This document shows, one piece after another, positions 9,206 through 17,906 of a stretch of DNA of 24,963 nucleotides. Each line of letters starts with the position of its first letter. The stretch's first letter is position 1. The position numbers were made by a program, and so were the translations under genes. The notes beneath the pieces were generated by a model. That model made no database searches. It had not been told where the DNA came from and saw nothing but the letters and a program-made list of their open reading frames with translations. Source of the stretch: a virus (Duplodnaviria; Caudoviricetes); IMG/VR virus record IMGVR_UViG_3300048080_000238, positions 1-24,963 of that record; one strand, given 5' to 3'.

Positions 9206-9595
9206 TCAGGCGGCATCCCTTACACTGCTGACTGCGCAATCAATCCAAGCAACCCCAGCCCTCGCCAACTCTCTCGCCTTTCCTTCACTGATGCCGTAAT
9301 ACTTTCCCACACGCACCATGGGCCATTTCACGCCGTAGTACAGCCAGATAATGTCGCCCATCTGCTGATCACGATACGTGAGCTTGGCCACGGCATTGTC
9401 GATGGCAATTGCCCAATCATCAGTGATGCAATAGTTCTTGCTCGCCGACGCTTGCGGCATCGCCTGACGCATCAGCGCAAATGTCGGCGACGTGTACCCG
9501 GGCACCCCCATCCCATCCATTCTCCACCAGCCCCACTGTTCAAGTAGGTATTCGGTGTCTCCCAATGCTCGCCCTGCCGGCTTACGAATCATCAT
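9206..9595 (-). CDS. Antiterminator Q family protein
   Basis: 129 aa, EYLLEQWGWW and C-terminal HTH (GISEGKARELARAGVAWID); last early gene before the late region. Confidence 0.85.
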   Translation of the reverse strand: MMIRKPAGRALGDTEYLLEQWGWWRMDGMGVPGYTSPTFALMRQAMPQASASKNYCITDDWAIAIDNAVAKLTYRDQQMGDIIWLYYGVKWPMVRVGKYYGISEGKARELARAGVAWIDCAVSSVRDAA

Positions 9596-9599
9596 GCTT

Positions 9600-9920
9600 T
9601 CAATCCCCTGTGTAATTTGTGCCGCCCGCTCCCAGGCGGTTCGATTGTTCGTACTGGCTCTGCGGTCCGGCCATAAGTGGCGAACCTTTCAGCACCGAAA
9701 TCTCACGCTGAGCGTGCTGCAATTTGAAACTTAACTGGGTGACTAGCTCGTCCGATGAAAGCACCAACTTGCTACCCAAAACTACCCAACCTGAGCCGTT
9801 GCAATCAGTACAAACCAGCTCATAAAACAGCCCTTTCACTACCGCTTTCCCCTCGCAGATCGGGCAAGGCTCCAGCTCGATCCGTTCCCGCCTAAAGCCA
9901 GGCACTCGACCTTTCTGCAT
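9600..9920 (-). CDS. Zinc-finger prophage protein (CxxCxG x2)
   Basis: CPICEGK and CTDCNGSG motifs, followed by a coiled coil. Likely start is ATG 9920 after a GAGG RBS. Confidence 0.7.
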   Translation of the reverse strand: MQKGRVPGFRRERIELEPCPICEGKAVVKGLFYELVCTDCNGSGWVVLGSKLVLSSDELVTQLSFKLQHAQREISVLKGSPLMAGPQSQYEQSNRLGAGGTNYTGD

Positions 9921-11220
9921 GTTTTGAAACCTCGCCCTTAACAAATTGCGGAATTGACTCGCAGGCCACGCTATTCAAGGCGTCTACGAGGTTTTGCGAA
10001 TCTTCATATCTAACGTCTGTCTGCTCGTGGATCGCCTTGAAGCCGCGTTCATCTAACCAGTTGTGCCACTTCACCAAAGCCAGCCGACGCTGTTCCTTGG
10101 CCTGAGTGTTGATGTAGGTCGAAGCGATCTTGCCAAGGGAGTGGTTCAACAGCATCTCGCCGATGTGGCCGTCGACGCCAAGGTCGGTCCACGCGGTACG
10201 GGCCACCTTGCGCAAATCGTGACTGGTCCAAGTGCCCTGCCCCAGCCGGGTAAACACTGCACTGGCTTGGTTTTCGCTCAGCGACTTCCCTCGGCGGGAT
10301 GGGAACAGAAATGGCCCCTCGTACCCATGGGCGGACTGTTGGTCACGGTAGCGGCGAAGCAACGCGCATACCTGGTCGGTCAGCGGAACTCGAAGCTCGG
10401 TCTTGCTCTTGGTGTGTTCGGCCGGCAGGAACCACTCACGCTCAGGCAACGCAATGTCGGCCCAGCGAGCCTGGCGGGTTTCGCCAATACGGGTGCCGTG
10501 GCAAAGCATCATCAGGGCCAGCATGGCATCACCTGGCGCACTCTCGAAGCGTTCGGTCAGCTGTTCCACCAACTCGGGCAACTGGACATCGCGCAGGCGG
10601 GCGGGCTTTGGCAGGATGCGGGCCGTGGTGAAGTTGACGAACTTGAGTTCAGCCATCGGGTTGATTGGGATCAGGTCCAGCTTACGGGCCTGACGAAAGG
10701 CCACCGCGAGCAGGCGGTACAACTGCTGGACGTATGACAGTGACAACTCTTCCTGAGCCGGCCACATCAGCAGCTTGTCGAGGGTCTGGGCGCTCACATC
10801 GCGAACCAGCAAATCACCTAGACGTGGCTTGAGCTGGCAACTGATGGCCGATTTGCCGGCTGAGCGCCGCTTGGCAGAGAGAGCTCGCGAACGGGCCATT
10901 CGATCGCCAAACCAGTCCAGCAGCTCGCCGACTGTCACCCACCCCGAAACGCTGGCCGCGCCATCAGCGGCGACCCGCAAGCGCACGGCCGGTAAGGCCG
11001 CAACAACCTGCTTGGTGGAAAGGTCGGGAAAGGCGCCGATGCGGTGCCATTTGCGTTTGTTCAGCAGGTACCAGGACCCGCGCGCACGATTCTTCGCATA
11101 TCGAAAGTGCAGCGCGGGGTGACTGGCATCACGCAGGTCGCGCACATGCTCAAGCTTGGCGTTACGCTGAATTTCGGCGTCTGACAACTTCACGGTCAGG
11201 GTCTTGATCAAGGTGCTCAA
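9892..11220 (-). CDS. Second tyrosine recombinase within the replication-Q operon
   Basis: Complete catalytic set: GTRIGE (R), HTKSK (K), SHDLR (H-x-x-R), LLNH (H) and ASTY (Y). Likely start is TTG 11220, overlapping the upstream stop; 442 aa. Confidence 0.88.
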   Translation of the reverse strand: MSTLIKTLTVKLSDAEIQRNAKLEHVRDLRDASHPALHFRYAKNRARGSWYLLNKRKWHRIGAFPDLSTKQVVAALPAVRLRVAADGAASVSGWVTVGELLDWFGDRMARSRALSAKRRSAGKSAISCQLKPRLGDLLVRDVSAQTLDKLLMWPAQEELSLSYVQQLYRLLAVAFRQARKLDLIPINPMAELKFVNFTTARILPKPARLRDVQLPELVEQLTERFESAPGDAMLALMMLCHGTRIGETRQARWADIALPEREWFLPAEHTKSKTELRVPLTDQVCALLRRYRDQQSAHGYEGPFLFPSRRGKSLSENQASAVFTRLGQGTWTSHDLRKVARTAWTDLGVDGHIGEMLLNHSLGKIASTYINTQAKEQRRLALVKWHNWLDERGFKAIHEQTDVRYEDSQNLVDALNSVACESIPQFVKGEVSKHAERSSAWL

Positions 11221-11426
11221 TCGGTCGCCCCCGGTTTGGCGAGACGGTCCACCACCTCGAACGTTGAAGGCCACATCCACGCACCATAACGCTTGGCCAT
11301 GGCCTCGTCGGCGAACAGCGCCAAGGCATGGTCTGGGGTGCTGCTCAAATCCATTTTGAAAGAGCAGCAGAACACTGCGAAGCGGTAGGTGGACGGCTCG
11401 GGAACAGCAAGTCGCTGAGAGTCCAT
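11217..11426 (-). CDS. Small hypothetical phage protein (69 aa, MDSQRLAVPEPSTYRFAVFCC)
   Basis: ATG overlaps the dnaB stop (TGATG) and its own stop overlaps the recombinase start, indicating translational coupling. Confidence 0.7.
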   Translation of the reverse strand: MDSQRLAVPEPSTYRFAVFCCSFKMDLSSTPDHALALFADEAMAKRYGAWMWPSTFEVVDRLAKPGATD

Positions 11427-12805
11427 CAGAATGTTTCCTTTTGGCGATAACGGTTGGCCAGGCTGGTGACCTTTGCCGGTTGCTCGACAGGCTCTGGCGT
11501 CCACCCGCCAGCAAGGTTTTCAAAGCGGTTGTACTGCCCAAGAAATGCCGTGCGGACCGTGCCCATCTCGATGTCGCGGCCCTTGCCGATGATGATTTCG
11601 GCAATGCCCTTGGCTTCGGTGTTTTCGTGATAGACCTCATCGCGATACACGAACAAGATCACGTCGGCGTCCTGCTCGATGGCGCCTGACTCCCTCAAGT
11701 CCGAGGGGATTGGCCGCTTGTTGGGGCGCTCTTCGCATTTGCGGGAGAGCTGGCTCAGCAGCACGACGGGAATGCCCAGCTCCTTGGCGAGCAGCTTGCA
11801 ACCGCGACTGATGCTGCTGACCTCTTCGGTCCGATTACCGCCCTCGCCCTCCAACAGCTGCAGGTAGTCGATCATCAGCAGGTCGAGGCCGTAACGCATC
11901 TTGTGGCGGCGAGCCAATGAGCGAATGCGCCCAATTGACGAGCCGGCCCGGTCGGCGATGTACAGCGGGGCGCGACGCAATACACCGGCCGCTGCGGCCA
12001 GCTCCGTGCCGTGGCTCTGGCACGCCGTTCCGTTCTTCACCAGGGTGAGCGGAATACGACCCTCTGAAGCCACGGCCCGATCCAGCAGCTGACCCTTGTT
12101 CATCTCCAGGCTGATGACGAGTGATGACTTGCTTTGGCGTACGGCCGCATCGACAACAAAACCCATCGCCAGCGTGGTCTTGCCCATGGCGGGACGCCCA
12201 GCAACGATGTACAGATGGTCGGGTTGCAGGCCGCCGATTTTCTCGTCCAGGTCGCGCAGGCCGGTCGATAGACCGATCAGTGTTTCGCCGCGGGCATGAC
12301 GATCATGGCGCTCCTGCCACACCTCCAGCTGGTCGACCAGCACATCACCCACTTTGACGATGTCGTCATCACCGGAACCGCAATCAATGGCCATGGCCGC
12401 AGCCTGGACGGCGGCGATTTTCGCCTGCACATCCTGATCGCTGTGCGCGATATCCATCGCTTGGCCGCCGAGGTCGAACAGGGCTCGTTCGATTGCCCGC
12501 TCACGCACGATTCCCGCGTAGGTCTTGGCGCTGGCAACGCTGGGTGTACCGTTGACGATTTCGGCGCAGTAGGCAAAAGCCGGGGTGCCATCCGGCAAGA
12601 CGCCAACGTGGTCACCCACGGTGAGGAAGTCGACGGACTTGCCGGCCGAGCGGACCGCCATGATCCCCCGGTACACCTCGGCGTTCTCCGGGAAGTAGAA
12701 CGATTCGGCGGACAGGTCGTCGCTCAGGGAGTCGATCAGTTCAGGGCGCTGCAACATCGCGCCCAACAGGCCGTGTTCCGCCTCGATGTTGTAGGGGTCA
12801 CGCAT
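11426..12805 (-). CDS. dnaB: Phage replicative DNA helicase, DnaB family
   Basis: PYNIEAE, AGRPAMGKT, IDYLQLL, LSQLSR, SDLRESGAIEQDADV motifs; start ATG 12805. Confidence 0.96.
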   Translation of the reverse strand: MRDPYNIEAEHGLLGAMLQRPELIDSLSDDLSAESFYFPENAEVYRGIMAVRSAGKSVDFLTVGDHVGVLPDGTPAFAYCAEIVNGTPSVASAKTYAGIVRERAIERALFDLGGQAMDIAHSDQDVQAKIAAVQAAAMAIDCGSGDDDIVKVGDVLVDQLEVWQERHDRHARGETLIGLSTGLRDLDEKIGGLQPDHLYIVAGRPAMGKTTLAMGFVVDAAVRQSKSSLVISLEMNKGQLLDRAVASEGRIPLTLVKNGTACQSHGTELAAAAGVLRRAPLYIADRAGSSIGRIRSLARRHKMRYGLDLLMIDYLQLLEGEGGNRTEEVSSISRGCKLLAKELGIPVVLLSQLSRKCEERPNKRPIPSDLRESGAIEQDADVILFVYRDEVYHENTEAKGIAEIIIGKGRDIEMGTVRTAFLGQYNRFENLAGGWTPEPVEQPAKVTSLANRYRQKETF

Positions 12806-13505
12806 TGTAATTGCCCTCCACAACCTTGACGAAGTTGCTCGGGGCGATCAGCCAGTCGAAGTTGCAACGGAAAGGACTGCCACCAGCAGCGGCCACCACC
12901 CCCATCAGGAACTTGCTCGAACGCACCTGGGCGAAATATTCAGCCCAGAAGCCAAGGTCCTGGTGTACGTCGCTTTCGTTCCAGCGGGCATTGATCTTGG
13001 CGATCCGATCTTTGGTCAACATCACGACTCGAGGAAACTCCGGGATCGTCGCGTTGAACAAATCGACGATTGCCTGGGTTGGGCATTTTGGCTTCGAAAT
13101 TTTCGACGGTTGCTCATCGCCGACAAGAGGTGTCGGTTCACTTGATGGTTCTATTACGGTTCTGGGTGCAGCTGCTGCGGGGGTTTCTGTCGTGAGCTGC
13201 GGGGGTGATGGTGCAGCTGCTGCGGGGTGCGACTCTTGCGGGGGTGCGTATGCTGCAGGGGTCAAGGTGTACATGGTCGAGCGGCCCATCCGCTCTCGAA
13301 CAGACAACAGCCCCACTTGGCCAAGCCATTTGATAGCGGTCTGGACCGTTCTTTCGGCAAGGCAGGTACGTTCGGAAATCCGTGCAACGGATGGCCAGCA
13401 AACACCCTCATCGTTTGCGTTGTCCGCCAACGAGATCAGTACCGCCTTTTGTGGCCCACTCATGCCTTGGAGCGGCCAGCACAAGCTCATGATTATGGTG
13501 CTCAC
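12798..13505 (-). CDS. Phage replication initiator (N-terminal HTH)
   Basis: KAVLISLADNANDEGVCWPSVARISERTCL winged HTH, a Pro/Ala linker encoded by repeats, and a C-terminal NFDWLI..NFVKVVEGNY motif; upstream of the helicase. Confidence 0.87.
   Translation of the reverse strand: MSTIIMSLCWPLQGMSGPQKAVLISLADNANDEGVCWPSVARISERTCLAERTVQTAIKWLGQVGLLSVRERMGRSTMYTLTPAAYAPPQESHPAAAAPSPPQLTTETPAAAAPRTVIEPSSEPTPLVGDEQPSKISKPKCPTQAIVDLFNATIPEFPRVVMLTKDRIAKINARWNESDVHQDLGFWAEYFAQVRSSKFLMGVVAAAGGSPFRCNFDWLIAPSNFVKVVEGNYNA
13165..13261. repeat. Replication-origin iterons inside the initiator gene
   Basis: GGTGCAGCTGCTGCGGGG at 13165 and 13210, GGTGCGACTCTTGCGGGG at 13226, GGTGCGTATGCTGCAGGGG at 13243, and a partial copy near 13194. 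The placement matches lambdoid ori within O. Confidence 0.75.
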
Positions 13506-13618
13506 AGCTGATCTCCAGTCTCAGATTCAACCGTGACGCTGAGTCGTGACACGTTTTGCGATTGCTCGAAAAGTGTCACGACACGGCGGGTATTGCCGGG
13601 GGTAACGATCGTGTTCAT
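13502..13618 (-). CDS. 38-aa ORF (MNTIVTPGNTRRVVTLFEQSQNVSR...), possible remnant of a longer regulator gene
   Basis: ATG 13618 with a GGGG RBS; its stop overlaps the initiator start (GTGA). Confidence 0.45.
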   Translation of the reverse strand: MNTIVTPGNTRRVVTLFEQSQNVSRLSVTVESETGDQL

Positions 13619-13677
13619 AATGGCCCCACTGTGTTTTACACGTTGTTGAAAGAGCCGGGTTGCAGCCCGGCTTTTTT
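13593..13677 (+). ncRNA. Putative OOP-like antisense sRNA unit (promoter 13593-13621, RNA about 13628-13677)
   Basis: TTGCCG-17 bp-CATAAT, followed about 30 nt later by GCCGGG-TTGCAG-CCCGGC-TTTTTT. Confidence 0.55.
13649..13677. terminator. Intrinsic terminator, stronger on the + strand, possibly bidirectional
   Basis: AAAGAGCCGGGTTGCAGCCCGGCTTTTTT. Confidence 0.8.
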
Positions 13678-13688
13678 GTGCCTGTCGT

Positions 13689-14111
13689 TCAGGCAGCCTT
13701 GAGCGATTCGCGCAAGATCTGCAGCGCGTCGATTGCTTCAAGAATTGCTTTCTCTCCTTGGGCTTTTTCGTGTTGGCTGATGTGGTTGTCCGCCGCAGCA
13801 TCGAAGATCAAACGCCCAACGTCTCCGCACTCGGCGGAGAGATGGCCGAGCGCGACCATCAGTGGCTTGGCGACCGGCTTCTCGCGAGCCACCAGGTCAA
13901 AACCGAATTGGTCGGCCAGCGCCATCAACGGGCGCATGTCTTGGGTATGCAGCAACACGCCGAACAGATGCTCGATTGTCAGGTGATGGGCAGCGTTGTC
14001 CGGATTCGAGCGTTGAAGCAGGCTCACGTGCGCCATGCACATTTTCCCAGCCAGCTCCTCTGCCCCACTTTCTTTGACGGTGGTGTGGCAAGCCCTCAAG
14101 AAATCTTCCAT
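13689..14111 (-). CDS. Phage regulatory CII-family protein
   Basis: 140 aa from ATG 14111 (MEDFLRACH...LLQRSNPDNAAHHLTIEHL); GAGG RBS; downstream of cro. Confidence 0.75.
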   Translation of the reverse strand: MEDFLRACHTTVKESGAEELAGKMCMAHVSLLQRSNPDNAAHHLTIEHLFGVLLHTQDMRPLMALADQFGFDLVAREKPVAKPLMVALGHLSAECGDVGRLIFDAAADNHISQHEKAQGEKAILEAIDALQILRESLKAA

Positions 14112-14194
14112 TCGTAAAACCTCAATTTTGTTTCCGTGGCACCGCTGAAGCTGCTCGACGATCATTCGTTCAACAAATCAGCAACAGAGATGAC

Positions 14195-14389
14195 TTATGC
14201 AGCAGATTTTTGGGACGGAAACGGGCGCAGCTCATTTGCTTGGTAGCTCCCATCTGGGAGCTCAAGCACGCGGATGTCCCGTTTTGCGGATAAGGCTTTA
14301 TGGATGGCTGGGGCAGTAACTCGGAGTAGCCGTGCGGCTACAGACTGCCCTTTGTCAGCCACGAACTTGTCGAGGGAAGTCTCATTCAT
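14195..14389 (-). CDS. cro: Cro-like repressor
   Basis: GQSVAARLLRVTAPAIHKAL HTH and C-terminal RPFPS (compare lambda Cro KPFPS); divergent from cI. Confidence 0.9.
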   Translation of the reverse strand: MNETSLDKFVADKGQSVAARLLRVTAPAIHKALSAKRDIRVLELPDGSYQANELRPFPSQKSAA

Positions 14390-14417
14390 GGTCATGCCTC
14401 TGTTGTAGACGAGGCAA

Positions 14418-14487
14418 ATATTAACCATCTGTTAACCTATAATCAATACCGATGGTTTCTTCTTATTTTTAACCATTGGTTTACATT
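14418..14487. promoter_or_regulatory. OR switch: three 15-bp operators, pR (-) and a PRM-like -10 (+)
   Basis: Operators TTAACCATCTGTTAA (14421), AATACCGATGGTTTC (14445) and TTAACCATTGGTTTA (14469) at 24-bp spacing. pR is TTGATT (14446-41)-17-TAATAT (14423-18). TACATT (14482-87) lies 6 nt before the cI ATG. Confidence 0.85.
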
Positions 14488-14493
14488 CTTGCG

Positions 14494-15372
14494 ATGACGA
14501 AAAAACGAATCCTTCCCCCAGATCGCATGGCTGAGTGTGAATTAGCTCACGCCCTGTTCTTGTCCAAAAAGAACGAGCTCAAGCTGAGCCAAAAGAAAAT
14601 TGCGGATGCCGCCGGCATGACTCCTGCCGCCGTGAATCTTTATTTCAAAGGGATCAACCCGCTGAATGCGCAGTTCGCTTCTGTATTGTCCAGAATGCTC
14701 AACGAGCCAATCGAAGCCTTCAGCCCCAGGCTCGCAGACGAGATTCGGTCGATGGCCAGCAGCGCCAAACCCTCCGCTAGAGGGACGGGTGCTGCGCTAA
14801 AGGTTCTTGAGATGATCCGCAAACACGCAGGTAAAGGGTTGGATGAAGCGGCGCAAAAGAAGATTGCTGACGCTGTAGCCGAAGGGCTTGCTGATGAGCA
14901 GGCGAGCAATGTCGTTCCTGCGGATTTCTCCGGACTTCGCGCGAAGCCTGATGAGATATTAATTCCTCAGTACGACGTGCGCGGAGCAATGGGGCACGGC
15001 CAGTTGCCTGCCGACTACAACGAAGCAATTCGAAACCTCGTTGTGAAAGAGGACGTGCTTCGCGAGAAAGGTGTGACCTACACGTCGGCCGCAGCGCTGG
15101 CGATGATCACCGGATGGGGTCAGAGTATGGAAGGTACGATCAATGACAAGGACCCTGTGATCGTTGATCGTGGCATTACCGAGTTTGTCGGCGAAGGCGT
15201 CTACGTGGTCACCTGGCACGGCCTGCTTTATATAAAGCGCCTACAGATGAAGGACGCCGAACACTTCTGGCTGATCTCTGATAACAAGAACAATAAGGAC
15301 CTGGAGGCACTTGTCGACGACGTGACCATCCACGCGAAAGTTTTGTTGGTCTGGAATGCTCGAAAACTGTGA
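14494..15372 (+). CDS. cI: CI-like repressor (HTH + S24 autopeptidase)
   Basis: LSQKKIADAAGMTPAAVNLYFKG HTH, AMGHG cleavage region, GQSM Ser and YIKRL Lys; start ATG 14494. Confidence 0.93.
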   Translation: MTKKRILPPDRMAECELAHALFLSKKNELKLSQKKIADAAGMTPAAVNLYFKGINPLNAQFASVLSRMLNEPIEAFSPRLADEIRSMASSAKPSARGTGAALKVLEMIRKHAGKGLDEAAQKKIADAVAEGLADEQASNVVPADFSGLRAKPDEILIPQYDVRGAMGHGQLPADYNEAIRNLVVKEDVLREKGVTYTSAAALAMITGWGQSMEGTINDKDPVIVDRGITEFVGEGVYVVTWHGLLYIKRLQMKDAEHFWLISDNKNNKDLEALVDDVTIHAKVLLVWNARKL

Positions 15373-15483
15373 CTGGCCTTACGTCGCCTAGCCTAATCTA
15401 CGTATGCCTTCCTAACGAAAAGCTTAAACCGCACTAGTGTTCACATCATACAAACCGGACGTAAACATGCAAGGAGGCGCCAA

Positions 15484-15903
15484 TTGCCACAAATTAAACC
15501 GTTTTCAAGCGAGTCAAGTGCTGGTGTTTATCTCGGAATAGCGGGAGTTGCATTAAGTGTCATCGGCGTTTTGCTTTCAGTATATACGCTAGCCGCTGGT
15601 GAAAAAGCTATTTGGCTTGGCATTTCTGGTTGGTCAGCAGCGCTATTAGTTGGAATATTTCTAACGATCCCACTATGGAAGTTAATGACCGAACTAACAA
15701 AATCTCACCTGGCATACTCTGAGCTATTAATTAGAGTTAATGACCTTGAGAACGCAAATGCCAAAATCATAGAAATTGATGCATATGTAATTTCAAAAGC
15801 GGTACGACAGCAAGTAACAAAGAGAGAAAGAAAGCCCGCCGAACCACATCCACCGACCCCAAGCGGTATTCAGGTAGAATTAGAGTCAGCAGAGGAAGCA
15901 TAA
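15484..15903 (+). CDS. Two-TM membrane protein with cytoplasmic coiled coil (cargo)
   Basis: TTG start after AAGGAGG; two hydrophobic helices; stop is 1 nt before the next gene; AT-rich. Confidence 0.75.
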   Translation: MPQIKPFSSESSAGVYLGIAGVALSVIGVLLSVYTLAAGEKAIWLGISGWSAALLVGIFLTIPLWKLMTELTKSHLAYSELLIRVNDLENANAKIIEIDAYVISKAVRQQVTKRERKPAEPHPPTPSGIQVELESAEEA

Positions 15904-15904
15904 C

Positions 15905-16981
15905 GTGGACATAAATTTCGAAGAATATAATTATTATCCAGCTCTTCGTAGCAGGCCTGCAGAAATCACTGGTTACGAGAACCTTAGTAACGAACATAAA
16001 GACGCAATTATTCCTGCGTTCACACTCGGCGCCTGGCCTCGCCAACCCAACATTGAAATTCCACTGTCCAAAATAGTGACCGCCACTGCTGGCCGTCCAT
16101 TCATGCTCGATTTAACAACCGAACCGTCTTTCCTTACCGAAGACATTAAAAAACTGAAAGACTCTAGTACCAATTTCAAATACTGGAGAGACTTCATTAG
16201 CAGAGTGGATGCACCTGTAATACCGGTAATACAAATAACACCAGAGTCGAAAATATCTCAAATCATCAGGCAGGCCAGAGAACTGGAAAAAATTGGCTGT
16301 AACAAAGTCGCCTTTAAAGTAAGAAACTTTGGCGAAGATACTGCAAAAATCATCTCAGCACTTTCCTCCTTAGACTCCATTGAAAACTCAATAGTAATTA
16401 TTGACGCTGGATATGTCAGGGATACTCTGCCTGCCTGCTTGGCCGGATGCATTTCTACTATCAATGAAATCAGGGACGAAGTTGAAGACGCAGAAATAAT
16501 TATTACCGCCACAAGCTTTCCGTCTTCCGTCGTGTCCTTCCTAGATCCAAATAGCGGGGGAAAGCGAGGCCTAATCGCCATGTTCGAATCCAAAATTCAT
16601 GATGCTATAGGCTCAGGAGCAGCTATCTATGGGGATCACGGTTCAATACATTCTCGAGTTTATATAACTGGAGGAGGCCGATACACACCCCGAATTGACT
16701 ACCCACTGAATGATGCATGGATATTTGAACGGCGCCCTGAAAACAACTCGACAGGATACATTGATGCAGCCCAAAAGCTGATTTCTTCATATGCAGAGAT
16801 CGAAGAAGATATCACTTGGGGGGCTGAAATGATTAGACAAGCCGCCCAAGGAAATATTGACGGCATGAAAACTCCTGCATCTTGGATTGCGGCGCGCGTG
16901 AACATGCACATTTCTAAACAAATTGATTTTAGATGCAGTGGCCGCGTCGATGATGAAGAAGACTACGATGATTTAATTTGA
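15905..16981 (+). CDS. Beta-family (sce7725-related) protein
   Basis: 358 aa. YYPALRSRPAE, VIPVIQ, IIDAGY, ATSFP, YGDHGS, PRIDYP, WGAEMI and WIAARVNMHI are motifs I recognise from the beta-protein family. Confidence 0.78.
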   Translation: MDINFEEYNYYPALRSRPAEITGYENLSNEHKDAIIPAFTLGAWPRQPNIEIPLSKIVTATAGRPFMLDLTTEPSFLTEDIKKLKDSSTNFKYWRDFISRVDAPVIPVIQITPESKISQIIRQARELEKIGCNKVAFKVRNFGEDTAKIISALSSLDSIENSIVIIDAGYVRDTLPACLAGCISTINEIRDEVEDAEIIITATSFPSSVVSFLDPNSGGKRGLIAMFESKIHDAIGSGAAIYGDHGSIHSRVYITGGGRYTPRIDYPLNDAWIFERRPENNSTGYIDAAQKLISSYAEIEEDITWGAEMIRQAAQGNIDGMKTPASWIAARVNMHISKQIDFRCSGRVDDEEDYDDLI

Positions 16982-17767
16982 TTTTTTTCGTCTTATCAGT
17001 ACCGTCTGGGGCATACCTTCTGGTATCGCCCCAAACTCATCTCCGAACGCTGACATATCAACACTACGCTCGTACTCTCCTCCGGCCGACCTAAAAAAGC
17101 TTTGCGGTATCTCTTGCGCTTGAGAAAAAACAGCCCGCAAGCTTTCGCCTTTGCTTAACAATTGCAAACTATCCAAAGAGCCGTTAGTTTCTCTAGCCTT
17201 GTCAAAGGCCATAAATGTTTTTTGGTATCGTTCCTTTATGCAAGACAGAGCAAATGAGCGCATTTTCTTTATTGACACCAAATCAACATACTCAAGAAGC
17301 TCTTTTCTTGTAGCTCCAACCTTAAAGGATATACATTCTGATTTAAGCAGCCTCTCAATTTCAACTCTGGTAATTAGACTAGCAAGGTATTGAGAGTTTT
17401 TTACCTCATCGATCCTACCCGCCCTCACCTGTCTAAACTCTACCTTATCAGCTTTTAGATAGACCTCTATTATTCCCACATCAGGAGGATAACTTTCAGA
17501 GATATCAGAGATAAATTTCGATGCAGCCACAACTGTGACTTTGTCAAAATGACGCCTAAATGACTCGATTTGCCCTGGAAGCCTTTTTAATGAGTCAAAG
17601 GCACTCTTAATTTCGAATCCGTACAATCTACCATTAGCAACAGCTATATCAGCTCGTCGAGCCCAATTCGCTACGACCATTTCGTTGATTACGACAGCGT
17701 CGCGCACCATACCTTTGGCATATAGCCAATCGATAAGAGCCGCCTTAATGGCCTTTTCTTTGATCAC
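16973..17767 (-). CDS. sce7726-family protein, PD-(D/E)xK-type nuclease fold
   Basis: INE...RRADIAVANGRLYGFEIKSAFDSLKRLPGQ...FDKVTVV. Likely start is GTG 17767; the track's upstream extension overlaps the DUF1654 gene. Confidence 0.8.
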   Translation of the reverse strand: MIKEKAIKAALIDWLYAKGMVRDAVVINEMVVANWARRADIAVANGRLYGFEIKSAFDSLKRLPGQIESFRRHFDKVTVVAASKFISDISESYPPDVGIIEVYLKADKVEFRQVRAGRIDEVKNSQYLASLITRVEIERLLKSECISFKVGATRKELLEYVDLVSIKKMRSFALSCIKERYQKTFMAFDKARETNGSLDSLQLLSKGESLRAVFSQAQEIPQSFFRSAGGEYERSVDMSAFGDEFGAIPEGMPQTVLIRRKKSN

Positions 17768-17906
17768 AAAATCACCAACAAACCTTGACGCAATGAAAAG
17801 ATTAACGGTGCATTTAAAGCACCTCAGATTACGTAATAATACACCAATAATTCCTAATCGCCCTGCGCCTCTTGATGCCTTTCGACGGTTAGTTAGCCTT
17901 TCTAAA

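Noticed and set aside
11221-11640. 140-aa N-terminal extension of the recombinase in the ORF track
   Set aside because: It overlaps dnaB and the 69-aa gene; TTG 11220 gives clean coupling.
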